From Acutalibacteraceae bacterium (GTDB lineage Bacteria; Bacillota; Clostridia; Oscillospirales; Acutalibacteraceae), in assembly GCA_045538055.1 (NCBI GenBank), contig JAZSQQ010000077.1, positions 20,365 through 84,364 of the forward strand: 64,000 nucleotides of DNA, written 5' to 3'. Below are positions 20,064-29,096 of the stretch, one piece after another; positions within the stretch are counted from its first letter, which is position 1; every line of letters begins with the position of its first letter. The notes beneath the pieces were generated by a model. The model was not told the origin of the DNA and did not search any database. It worked only from the letters and a program-made list of their open reading frames with translations. The position numbers and the translations under genes are program-made.

Positions 20064-20442
20064 TTGTGTGTTTGGTGCGTTTCTCAGGGAAAAAAGACGG
20101 CAGCAAGGCATGTCGTTAAGAACCCTTGCAAATGAGTTGAATTTATCACATTCCTATTTGTCCTGTATTGAAAACGGTAAGAAACCACCTCCTAGTGATG
20201 CTGTGTTAATTAAAATAGCCTCAATATTATCTATGGATTACAATTCAAAATTATTATTGTTCGATATTGCTTCTGAGATTAAAAGTATTAATAGTAATGA
20301 TTTTTATCTTTCAGCTGATGTTTCAAAATACATTAAAGAAAAGGAATCGCTGAAACTTTTGATTCGGGAAGCAGATAAATGTGGTTGTTCTGATGAGTTT
20401 TGGAATGAAATATTACAAAAACTTAAAAATATGTCCCAGTGA
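20053..20442 (+). CDS. XRE-family HTH protein overlapping agrB (probably co-transcribed)
   Basis: 129-aa ORF. Motif MSLRTLANELNLSHSYLSCIENGKK. Its start overlaps the agrB 3' end by 11 nt. Confidence 0.75.
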   Translation: MLNNCVFGAFLREKRRQQGMSLRTLANELNLSHSYLSCIENGKKPPPSDAVLIKIASILSMDYNSKLLLFDIASEIKSINSNDFYLSADVSKYIKEKESLKLLIREADKCGCSDEFWNEILQKLKNMSQ

Positions 20443-20488
20443 ATGGGATATATTTTTTGGTAATTTTGGTAACCAATGGTGAACATAA

Positions 20489-20686
20489 ATGATCGTAATT
20501 ACACAATTTATTTCAATATCTGATAGCGTAAAAAAGGTACATTGCCCGGTGTGTGGAGCAAGATTATGTGATGTTAAAAAAAATCAAAAAATTAGTGAAA
20601 GAATTTTTAACAATAATTCAGACGGAATTATTATTAAGTGTTATAAATGTCGAAGAAAGTTTAATATTGTAACAACAGATTTATAA
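20489..20686 (+). CDS. Small zinc-ribbon protein
   Basis: 65-aa ORF with CPVCGARLC ... CYKCRRKF (two CxxC pairs). Confidence 0.5.
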   Translation: MIVITQFISISDSVKKVHCPVCGARLCDVKKNQKISERIFNNNSDGIIIKCYKCRRKFNIVTTDL

Positions 20687-20724
20687 AACAGATTGAATTA
20701 TATGTACAGTGCACCATAGTAATA

Positions 20725-20762
20725 GGAGCCTGACGAGTTTTCGTCAGGCTCCTATATTTTTT
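20725..20762 (+). terminator. Rho-independent terminator ending the agrD-agrB-xre-zinc-ribbon unit
   Basis: GGAGCCTGACGA-GTTT-TCGTCAGGCTCC followed by TATATTTTTT. Confidence 0.85.
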
Positions 20763-20878
20763 GACTTGATGGAAACAGAAAGGTCAAAATGCAAAAGAAG
20801 TGGCAAACGTATATTGCTAAATATCCATAGTCTCCGAAGTTTTGATAGCTGAAAATTTCAAAATAAGGAGACTAAAAA

Positions 20879-21448
20879 ATGTCAAAAAAATATTTGGTTT
20901 GGAAAGATCCTAATTGTAATGGCAAAAATATTGAGTGGCTTGATTTAAGTAAAGATGAGTTCCTCGATTTGGTCAATCAACCTGAAAGTGCAAACAGATA
21001 TTTTGTAAAACTATCAGGTGAAACACGTGATGAAATAATTTATATTGAAGCCACGGAAGAAAGATATAAGGCTTGGAAAAAGGAAAAGAATAACGAATAT
21101 TATTTAAGGCAGCAGAAACAAAAAAGAGGATTCCAAGAGTGGCCTTTAGCTGTGTTGCTTAGAGATTTAAACGAAGAATTTGTCGCAGATATCGTTTCTC
21201 TGGAAACTGAAACTTTAGAAGATTTTGCTGAGCGTGATATGTTTTTACAAAATCTTCAACTAGCACTCAAAGAACTACCACAAGATGAATTAGATATTGT
21301 GGTGAAATTGTATTTGTTAAAAGAAAAGAATTGGACTGAACGCGAGATTGCGAAAGCCTTGGGAATTTCTCAGGTTGCAGTTAACAAGAAAAAGAAAAAA
21401 ATCTTAAAAAAATTAAGAAATATGGTTATAAATTTTGAAACAGGTTAG
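20879..21448 (+). CDS. Sigma-70 region-4-like HTH protein (the mobile-element type of small sigma or regulator)
   Basis: 189-aa ORF with an AAGGAG RBS. C-terminal WTEREIAKALGISQVAVNKKKKKILKKLRN resembles a sigma region 4.2 HTH. Confidence 0.55.
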   Translation: MSKKYLVWKDPNCNGKNIEWLDLSKDEFLDLVNQPESANRYFVKLSGETRDEIIYIEATEERYKAWKKEKNNEYYLRQQKQKRGFQEWPLAVLLRDLNEEFVADIVSLETETLEDFAERDMFLQNLQLALKELPQDELDIVVKLYLLKEKNWTEREIAKALGISQVAVNKKKKKILKKLRNMVINFETG

Positions 21449-21825
21449 CAATAGTATAGTGTAAGGGTTTAAAAAGCTGATAATTCATAATTATCGTCAA
21501 TATAAGCCGTCAACAAAGTCACAAGACTGTAGATGTTAGAGCGTGACATAGTGTGAAGTTGAATAGTGTGCTTACATAACTGGTGTGAAAACACGGAAGA
21601 AGTAATTTAATAGCCGTTAAGTTTTTCCTCAGAATATATAAGCACACTATTTTAAAAAACATAAATAAAAACAAGTAAGACTTAACTATACATCTATTTT
21701 GTTCATTTATGCTGATGAGCAATCTGCAAGGATTCATATATTTATGCGTAAGTGGTTATGGTGCTCTTGTGTAAAAGAAATAATTTTTGATAATACTAAA
21801 CGAAAAAGATGGGGGAGAAGTTAAT

Positions 21826-22038
21826 GTGAAAGAAGATAATCAGATTAGAATCGATATCATGGCGAGAGAGATAAGATTGCATTATTATAATAATTATCTT
21901 TATGAAAAAGGTGTAATAAAAAAACGTGAATATGAAAAAATGAATCTTACAATAATTGAAAAATGTGGAAAAAGAAGACATAAAGAGCTTGGAGAAATGT
22001 CTTTTGAAGAAAGATTGCCAAGAATGTGGCATATATAA
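21826..22038 (+). CDS. Hypothetical small protein
   Basis: I prefer the GTG at 21826, which follows a GGGGGAG RBS, over the TTG at 21787. No recognisable motif. Confidence 0.35.
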   Translation: MKEDNQIRIDIMAREIRLHYYNNYLYEKGVIKKREYEKMNLTIIEKCGKRRHKELGEMSFEERLPRMWHI

Positions 22039-22283
22039 TTTGGTGATATATAACTATATGACAGAAAGCAGATGCTATAGACGTTGATATAACCCTTAAG
22101 TGATAATTAAGAATTAATGGGGTAATTCTTATCGAAAACATTAAATGAAAATAGGCATATTATGGAATCGTATGGGTTTAATATTGGTGAAATATACATT
22201 GTGTTTTATAATTTATTTGAGATATGATAAGTAATGCAATGGTTTAGTATTTTAACTGAAATGAACCTTGATGTTTTATTAGC

Positions 22284-22388
22284 TTGCAAAATCTGATATA
22301 TTGTGTTATAATGATACAACAGATACAAGATGTTGGTTTGATTGATTGCAAAAAAACACTTGTAATTGTTCTATTGCTGTGTTATAAT
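22284..22388 (+). promoter_or_regulatory. Two tandem near-consensus sigma-A promoters in front of the RelA/SpoT operon
   Basis: P1: TTGCAA (22284-22289), 17-nt spacer, TATAAT (22307-22312). P2: TTGTAA (22360-22365), 17-nt spacer, TATAAT (22383-22388). Both have TGTGT immediately upstream of the -10 (extended -10). Confidence 0.65.
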
Positions 22389-22433
22389 ATTACCACTTTT
22401 TTATTAGTACTATCTATTGTAGGAGTGAGAAGG

Positions 22434-22622
22434 TTGAAAAGAATTAATGAGGAAGAGTCTGCAAAGGTGTTTATTCAAAAATTGAGCAACGGATATTATC
22501 AGTATGACAGATCACAAAACAATGAAGTGGATTATTGCGAAGTCAAAGAAAAACGTGATACCGATGCGGTGAAGAGTTTTGTTCAGAGTAAATGTTTCGA
22601 AACCTTAAAAAAAATGAAGTAA
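22434..22622 (+). CDS. Small hypothetical protein (62 aa), first gene of the RelA/SpoT operon
   Basis: TTG at 22434 lies 8 nt after an AGGAG RBS (22421-22425). The longer 112-aa ORF-track version would overlap both promoters. Confidence 0.45.
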   Translation: MKRINEEESAKVFIQKLSNGYYQYDRSQNNEVDYCEVKEKRDTDAVKSFVQSKCFETLKKMK

Positions 22623-22637
22623 AAACGAGGGCTAGCC

Positions 22638-23168
22638 GTGTGTGACAAGAATCAAGATTATATTATTCATTTAAAGGATACATATCCTTTTGAACAAAGA
22701 TATATCAATATATTAACGCAAATTCAAGATATTCTTGAAGCTCTTGACATTATGGACTTTGTCAATATAAATACCGACTTGTTAGGACAGGCAATATTGG
22801 ATTATTTTGAAGACATTGATAGGTTGAAGAAATATGAAGATATTAAAAAGGTGAATGTCGACAAGATCTATTCGTATCAAACTTATTGGCTTATCAAAAG
22901 AAAGCCGATACAAATTACAGATAATGATATTGCAAAAGAATATTTACATATCAATGAAAAAGTGTTTACTTGCCTTTTGATCATTAAAATGCTCACAGAG
23001 ACTCACAAAGGTTTTGATGATGTTAACCCTAAGATGTCATCATTTATCGAGCTTATATACTATAATTTTAAGTATAGGACATATACACAAAAAACTCTTG
23101 AGTTAATGGTTTCTAGCTTCATTTGTGGATGCAGTTTTAAAATTTCGGAGGCAAGTGTAGATGCTTAA
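22638..23168 (+). CDS. Hypothetical 176-aa protein, candidate antitoxin or partner of the RelA/SpoT protein
   Basis: GTG start after a GAGGG RBS. Its 3' end overlaps the next gene by 8 nt, which suggests translational coupling. No recognisable motif. Confidence 0.55.
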   Translation: MCDKNQDYIIHLKDTYPFEQRYINILTQIQDILEALDIMDFVNINTDLLGQAILDYFEDIDRLKKYEDIKKVNVDKIYSYQTYWLIKRKPIQITDNDIAKEYLHINEKVFTCLLIIKMLTETHKGFDDVNPKMSSFIELIYYNFKYRTYTQKTLELMVSSFICGCSFKISEASVDA

Positions 23169-24000
23169 TGGTAAGATGACGTTTGAGCAGATAAAAAATA
23201 ATAAAGATGAGTTTTTGTCTGTGTACGGTTTAAAAGATAAATTTAATGAATGCTGTTGTACATGGGAAGAACTGATGGCAATAGGTGAAGACTTTGAAGC
23301 TAAAAGAAATGGTGACTATTTTGAACTATTGAACAAGTATATTGTAGAGATTTCAAAGTTTGATAATGTACACTCTTATCGTTATAGGATTAAAAGTACA
23401 GATAGTTTGCTTGCTAAGATTATAAGTAAAAGCGCAAAAAAGAAAGAGCCAATTACGCTTGACAATTATTTTTGTGAAATAAGTGACCTTCTAGGAATTC
23501 GAATTCTTTATGTTTTTAAAGAGGATTATTGGTCAGTTCATAAACAGATTATGGACTGTTACAAGAAACGTTTTGCTGAAAATATTCATTTGAAACTTCG
23601 TGACGGAGATGACGAAAAAACATATGAAAAACTGTTGAGTAGTCGAGATGTCCAAGTTGAAAAAAACATGGTTTATAGATCTATCCATTACACAATATAT
23701 GCTGATCCGTCTGATATTGAACATAGTCCCAAAATAGAAATTCAGACTAGAACAATTTTTGAAGAGGGTTGGAGTGAAATTAATCATAAACTTGTATATA
23801 AGAAAGGTATGGTCAGTAATCCTAATCTTGAAAAAACCTCTTGTATACTAAGTGAATTAGTGGGCAGTTGTGATGCGGTTGGAACTTTGATGAAATATCT
23901 ATATGACGAAGGAATAATATCACAACCTCTTTCTGAAACAGATGAAAGTGATTCAACAGAACGCGTTGGTGAGGCAATACGTAAACTGCTGCTTAAATAA
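23161..24000 (+). CDS. Stand-alone RelA/SpoT-domain nucleotide pyrophosphokinase (small alarmone synthetase / toxSAS-like)
   Basis: 279-aa ORF with synthetase-fold motifs YRYRIKSTDSLLAKI, DLLGIRILYVF, YRSIHYTIY and IEIQTRTIFEEGWSEINHKLVYK. No hydrolase (HD) domain. Confidence 0.8.
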   Translation: MLNGKMTFEQIKNNKDEFLSVYGLKDKFNECCCTWEELMAIGEDFEAKRNGDYFELLNKYIVEISKFDNVHSYRYRIKSTDSLLAKIISKSAKKKEPITLDNYFCEISDLLGIRILYVFKEDYWSVHKQIMDCYKKRFAENIHLKLRDGDDEKTYEKLLSSRDVQVEKNMVYRSIHYTIYADPSDIEHSPKIEIQTRTIFEEGWSEINHKLVYKKGMVSNPNLEKTSCILSELVGSCDAVGTLMKYLYDEGIISQPLSETDESDSTERVGEAIRKLLLK

Positions 24001-24009
24001 AATAACGAA

Positions 24010-24040
24010 TAAGCCAGCCAATACAGGCTGGCTTATTTAT
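24010..24040 (+). terminator. Rho-independent terminator after the RelA/SpoT gene
   Basis: AAGCCAGCC-AATACA-GGCTGGCTT followed by ATTTAT. Confidence 0.7.
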
Positions 24041-24180
24041 ATTGAGGGGATTGAAGGTTGCACTCGGTACTATTAGTGTAAAAGACGTGGCTGAACAGTA
24101 AATGTTTATAAATTTGCTTAAATACGGTATTCATCCATATATTTAAATGGTGTGTTATTTTACAAAAAGGGGGACTACTA

Positions 24181-27100
24181 ATGAATGAGATAAATTGGAA
24201 CCAATTTATGCTTAAAAATTCAAATCCACAGGAAGCGTTTGAAACGATTTGTAGAAATTTATTTCTGAGAGAATATAAAGTGAGTAGCCATGGTTTTACT
24301 TCCAATTACAATCAAATAGGATTAGAAACTGAACCTGTTCACTTTAAAGGTAAATACTATGGCTTTCAGTGTAAGTACTCTGAAAGTGAGAATGGTGCGG
24401 CTTTATATAAACAGGTATATGATTCACTTGATAAAGCGGTGAAATTGTATCCACAATTAGATGTGGTAATTATTTATACCAATCTTGATGTTAAACCAAA
24501 TGTTTCAAAACAAGAATTAGAGGAGTCTAAAGTAACAAATAGAATAAAAATACATAAGCTCGGAATGGAGAATGATATAGAAATACGCTGGTTTTTAAAA
24601 TCAAATTTCGAAAAAGCTTTGAATGATGTAAAAAATTATGATTTGTACAGAACATTCTTTTCTTCGCAAAATCTCCGAGGATTATTGAATGATGCCATAA
24701 CACATGATGATCGTACATTTTTAGCATCTGAACAATTTATAGATTTATCGCTAAATGGCAAAAAGTTTTCGAATATTAAAGAAGATATTCTTTCACAAAA
24801 TATCAGTATTATTATTGGTTCTGCCGGTACTGGCAAAAGTGAGATTTTAAAAAATTTATATTTTCAGTGTGAAACCCAATATTTATCAAACATTAACACA
24901 GTTTTCTCTGATAGTGATATTTCTATTCCTATTTTCTTGAGAATGAGAGAGTGCTTAAATGGTGATTTAGAGGGATTGCTTAGAAACAGGTTAAAGGATT
25001 TTGATGTTGATTTTTTAAACAAGAGAAATCATTATATTTATTTTTTGGATGGCATTGATGAGATAAGCACAGGTGACTTTGGCGGTGTGATTACATATAT
25101 TACACGTTTAGAGAGTCAAGAAACAACAAAAGCATTTGTGCTCACATCACGTAACAACACTACTAATTTGACAACGGTTTTACGTGATTTAAAACCGAAG
25201 GTTTACACGATTGAACCATTGAATAGTAATGCCGTGGAAGATTATTTCAGCCGGTATAACAATCCTGAAAAACAGAAAAAATTACAAGAAATAAAAGAGA
25301 ATAATCCATCCTTTTTTGAAGATATTACGGATATTTTTTCTGCAGTATTGTTTAATAAAAACATATTTCAAATTGATGAAACTACAACAAAGATTGATTT
25401 GATAAAATTCAATGCTGAAAAATTAGTTGAAAACAATCAAAAATACTCATTAATTAATTTGCCAGAACCCAAATTACTATCCGTAGAGAAAATATTGGGA
25501 CAAGTTTCTGAATTGATGCAACGTTCAGGTAATATTTCGGTGAGTCAAGAAGATTTACAGAGAATAATTGATAAGTTATTCCCTAATTGTAGTTACTTGC
25601 AGGTTGATGAAATTATTGATTTTATTTCCGAAATGTTTTTTGAACATTCGTTTTATGAACTTTCTGGTAGAAGATATTCATATAGACATAAGCGATATTT
25701 TGAGTTCTATTTGTATAGTGCAGTAAAAAATGTGTTTTATGATAATCCTGCAATTTTGAGAGAATTACGATTGTTGTCAAACCAAGATTTTATTATAAAT
25801 ATTTTTTTGCTTCAGGAACTTAAAAATAACATATTAAATAACAACCTTCAACGAACTCTTGTATTGCGTTTCTTTGAAGCATATTTGGGTCAGGCTTATT
25901 TGTGTAACGTGAAATCTCCGTGGCTTGTATCAAAAGAATTATTGCTTTGGGATACTGATTTTTACTTACAATCGCCATACTTGAACGATTTTCTATGCAC
26001 AAAACGAGAGGAGGATTTACGAGATTTTATAAAAAATGATCCACTGTCTATTAGTAAGTTTTTAACAACTAAAAACTATTATTCTTTTGTTAAGCAATAT
26101 CACATAGCAAATGGTATTGATATTAGAAAATTGCTAATTGAAACTTATTTTTTAAGTGAAGAATGGTTGGAACAAGCTGCACAAAAAGACCAAAGTTCAT
26201 TGTGGTATTGTAAATGTGTAATTGATGGTGAATCGATAAATGATGTATACATTAACCTTTGTTGTTTGGAAGCTGTGACAATAAACGACGTAGAACACTA
26301 CAGATACAATTTAAATAAAGCTAATGTTGTTGCAGAGTTTTTTGAAATGGCAATTGAATATTTTAATGAGTGGTTAGTTTCAATTGTAACAGTTATTCCT
26401 GTTCGGCATTTGGAAGCACTAAGTTATGTGTTATTAAGATCTCATAACCTTCGGCACATACAAACACATGAAGGTTTGTCTCCAATATCCGCAGCAATTG
26501 TGGATAGAGTAAATTCATTTGTAGAACATTATGAGATTCACACAATTACATTGTATAAAGTATTAACTGGTGATACCATTCAAGGCGAAGATATTCAACA
26601 ACAAGCTAAAACTGCCAATACCACTCACTGTGAAACATGGCAAGAAAATTTTGAATTAAATAGTTATATTGGGTCACTATATAGAGATTTTGAACCTTAT
26701 TGCTATGATTGCAAATTAGGAATTGCGTTAAGAGAAAAAATGAGTTTTTCTTATTTGAAAAGAAAAACTGATGTATTACCAACAATATTAGAGGAAGTGA
26801 AGAAGTTTAATTTGGTATGCAAAAACCGATTTTCACATTATAATGCGATATTTATAGGAGAAATTATTGCGTATTTTAATGTTGGTAGCTCAGAGGTAAA
26901 GAAGTTTATTGCTGATTTGAGGAGATATAGTAGCGTTGTCTCAACTTTTCAAGTTTTGTACACTATAATGAAAAGTAATCCGAAATTATTTAGTATTATT
27001 GCAAATCCAAGTTTAATTACCTCAGAATACGAAAAAGTTTCTAAAGATCTATCTCATTATGATTATACTTTAGAGCTAGGTTTTATGTACGCAACTATGA

Positions 27101-28275
27101 TTTCTTGTTTTGATATATTGAAGGCAGATTCCTTGTTTGAACGTGCACTGAATAACAGTGTTTTTAGACCTATTTCCCAAAAGGAAAACCTGATTGATTA
27201 TCATTTGTCTAGTTGTTTGTTAACAGCATATAATAACTATTGGTTTTCAAATGAGGAGTTGGAACTTTTAATAAGAAGACAATATGTCATTATGAAAATA
27301 GCTAAAGACACATTATATAACGGTGCCGATTATGGATATTTTAAATATTTAATTGAGCAAAGTTGTCCACACTTGTTAAATATATTTGAAACTTTAGACA
27401 TTGAGTCTATAAAGATAGAAAGAGAAATAGAATGGGAATCGTTTGGCAGTAATTTGCCAAAAGAGAATGTTTCAATAGATAATATTTCAGAATATTATAA
27501 TTGCAACATAAGTGGTATTAATTATTCATCGATTTCTGTTTGGGAAGAACTTATAGGAATAGAATTAATGTATGATAGTGAACTTAACATCTTATATAAA
27601 GTACTAGATGAGAAGATTTTTCCTGGTGCTGAGTCTACAAAGATAAGTAATTGTTTTCATATTATAATAGCAGTCTTGATTTCAAATATTAAAACTAGAC
27701 CGAAAGTTATTGATTTTATCATAAGACATACAGGGCGAATGGGGTTAGTTTACATGATTAAATCTTTTGCCTTGATAGGTGACGATCAATCTGGTCGCCA
27801 CTATATAGAAATGTTGATGAAATTGTGCGAAACTATAGTATATCCGCTTACATGGAACATGAAAAAGATAGAAGGACTTAACAACAACACAGAAAAGATA
27901 GTTGATATTGTTTGTGACAGCAAAACTAATGATTGGGAAGTTGAAAGTCAAGAGTGTATAATGATTTATAAGTTAGACCCTAAAATTTCTGTTAGGTGGG
28001 ATCAGCCTGAAATGCAAGAACCTTATACTGAACAGTGGGCTAAAAAACATTCAAACAAAAAAGCTTCTAGTGTTAGGTATTACATTTACTATCGGGAGGA
28101 AAAAATTAAGACTTTTAACATGGTGTGGGTCGATGATTATAAAGCCTTGATTCCTATGCCCAATATTACAAATAAACATATTGATAGAAAGAGCTATAGT
28201 TTTAGTTGTTTGATTAATCATGATATAGACACTCTGAATAGATATATTATGTCTTCTGGATTGATAGTAGATTAA
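24181..28275 (+). CDS. STAND/NACHT-type P-loop NTPase with an N-terminal PD-(D/E)xK-like nuclease module and a >1000-aa C-terminal helical region (Avs/bNACHT-like antiphage candidate)
   Basis: 1364-aa ORF with a GGGGGA RBS. N-terminus has GLETEP...YGFQCKY (an E-x-E...Q-x-K arrangement). Walker A IIIGSAGTGKSE (aa 211-221). Walker B/NACHT motif YIYFLDGIDEIS. Confidence 0.75.
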   Translation: MNEINWNQFMLKNSNPQEAFETICRNLFLREYKVSSHGFTSNYNQIGLETEPVHFKGKYYGFQCKYSESENGAALYKQVYDSLDKAVKLYPQLDVVIIYTNLDVKPNVSKQELEESKVTNRIKIHKLGMENDIEIRWFLKSNFEKALNDVKNYDLYRTFFSSQNLRGLLNDAITHDDRTFLASEQFIDLSLNGKKFSNIKEDILSQNISIIIGSAGTGKSEILKNLYFQCETQYLSNINTVFSDSDISIPIFLRMRECLNGDLEGLLRNRLKDFDVDFLNKRNHYIYFLDGIDEISTGDFGGVITYITRLESQETTKAFVLTSRNNTTNLTTVLRDLKPKVYTIEPLNSNAVEDYFSRYNNPEKQKKLQEIKENNPSFFEDITDIFSAVLFNKNIFQIDETTTKIDLIKFNAEKLVENNQKYSLINLPEPKLLSVEKILGQVSELMQRSGNISVSQEDLQRIIDKLFPNCSYLQVDEIIDFISEMFFEHSFYELSGRRYSYRHKRYFEFYLYSAVKNVFYDNPAILRELRLLSNQDFIINIFLLQELKNNILNNNLQRTLVLRFFEAYLGQAYLCNVKSPWLVSKELLLWDTDFYLQSPYLNDFLCTKREEDLRDFIKNDPLSISKFLTTKNYYSFVKQYHIANGIDIRKLLIETYFLSEEWLEQAAQKDQSSLWYCKCVIDGESINDVYINLCCLEAVTINDVEHYRYNLNKANVVAEFFEMAIEYFNEWLVSIVTVIPVRHLEALSYVLLRSHNLRHIQTHEGLSPISAAIVDRVNSFVEHYEIHTITLYKVLTGDTIQGEDIQQQAKTANTTHCETWQENFELNSYIGSLYRDFEPYCYDCKLGIALREKMSFSYLKRKTDVLPTILEEVKKFNLVCKNRFSHYNAIFIGEIIAYFNVGSSEVKKFIADLRRYSSVVSTFQVLYTIMKSNPKLFSIIANPSLITSEYEKVSKDLSHYDYTLELGFMYATMISCFDILKADSLFERALNNSVFRPISQKENLIDYHLSSCLLTAYNNYWFSNEELELLIRRQYVIMKIAKDTLYNGADYGYFKYLIEQSCPHLLNIFETLDIESIKIEREIEWESFGSNLPKENVSIDNISEYYNCNISGINYSSISVWEELIGIELMYDSELNILYKVLDEKIFPGAESTKISNCFHIIIAVLISNIKTRPKVIDFIIRHTGRMGLVYMIKSFALIGDDQSGRHYIEMLMKLCETIVYPLTWNMKKIEGLNNNTEKIVDIVCDSKTNDWEVESQECIMIYKLDPKISVRWDQPEMQEPYTEQWAKKHSNKKASSVRYYIYYREEKIKTFNMVWVDDYKALIPMPNITNKHIDRKSYSFSCLINHDIDTLNRYIMSSGLIVD

Positions 28276-28626
28276 CCATATAGCAGTTTGATTTATTTAT
28301 TAATCGTGCATTAATGAAAAGAAGCAATAATCAAACAAATCTACAAAGGGAACCAATAGTTGTAGAGTGTTCGAGTAAAACTGAGTGCTATACACGGTGG
28401 CTGGTAAAGAAGAAGGCTCATGCAAAGTTAAAGGTATGTTTGGATCTATTAGTTGAGATTTCAAAGATAATCAAATTATAAGATTATCACTTAGTAAAAA
28501 ACTATAACTATACAAATAATAGTTTAACTGATGAACTGATTGATAGTAAATTAAATATGCATTTTGAGTTTCAAAAAAACAAGACATTCTGACAAAGAAA
28601 AAATGCTGTTGCATTTGAGATGAAAT

Positions 28627-28660
28627 AAAAGAGCAGTTCAATTTTGAACTGCTCTTTTAT
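28627..28660. terminator. Bidirectional terminator between the NACHT gene and the mobC-like gene
   Basis: AAAAGAGCAGTTCA-ATTT-TGAACTGCTCTTTT, a perfect 14-bp stem with A and T runs on each side. Confidence 0.8.
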
Positions 28661-28769
28661 TGAACTTAAACAACCAATTTGAAATTATATACAAACTGTT
28701 TTTCGTGACCAACAATCCAACGATAGTTACGAGTGAATTGCATATGTCGTACAGGACATATCTTCTTAG

Positions 28770-29096
28770 TCATATGGATTTCTCCTTAAAACCGTATAAG
28801 GTTTTGTTGATTTGGTCGATGACTTCAAGTAAATCTTTGCTGACATTATTACCGTTTTCGATACGCTTCAGTTCATTAAGTACGGCAGCAAGTTCCAGTT
28901 TAAGTGCCTTATATACCTTGGGATTTCCCTCGACAACAATTTCACGATCGGTGCACTTCCTGTAACAGTATTCCTGTTTGGAAAATCCTGAGAGAGCAAC
29001 AATGCGATTAATGGTTTCATATTCTTCGGGAGAGACTCTGAACCCTACGGTTATGGACCTGAATCGATTATGTTTATCTAAATTTTTAGCTGACAT
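28770..29096 (-). CDS. MobC-like ribbon-helix-helix relaxosome accessory protein
   Basis: 108 aa, MSAKNLDKHNRFRSITVGFRVSPEEYETINRIVALSGFSKQEY. A paralog of the product of 59660-59983. Overlaps the int stop. Confidence 0.65.
   Translation of the reverse strand: MSAKNLDKHNRFRSITVGFRVSPEEYETINRIVALSGFSKQEYCYRKCTDREIVVEGNPKVYKALKLELAAVLNELKRIENGNNVSKDLLEVIDQINKTLYGFKEKSI

Noticed and set aside
22284-22433. First 50 codons of the 112-aa ORF-track entry
   Set aside because: This stretch contains two TTGxAA-17-TATAAT promoters and an AGGAG RBS placed for the TTG at 22434. It is more likely untranslated leader.
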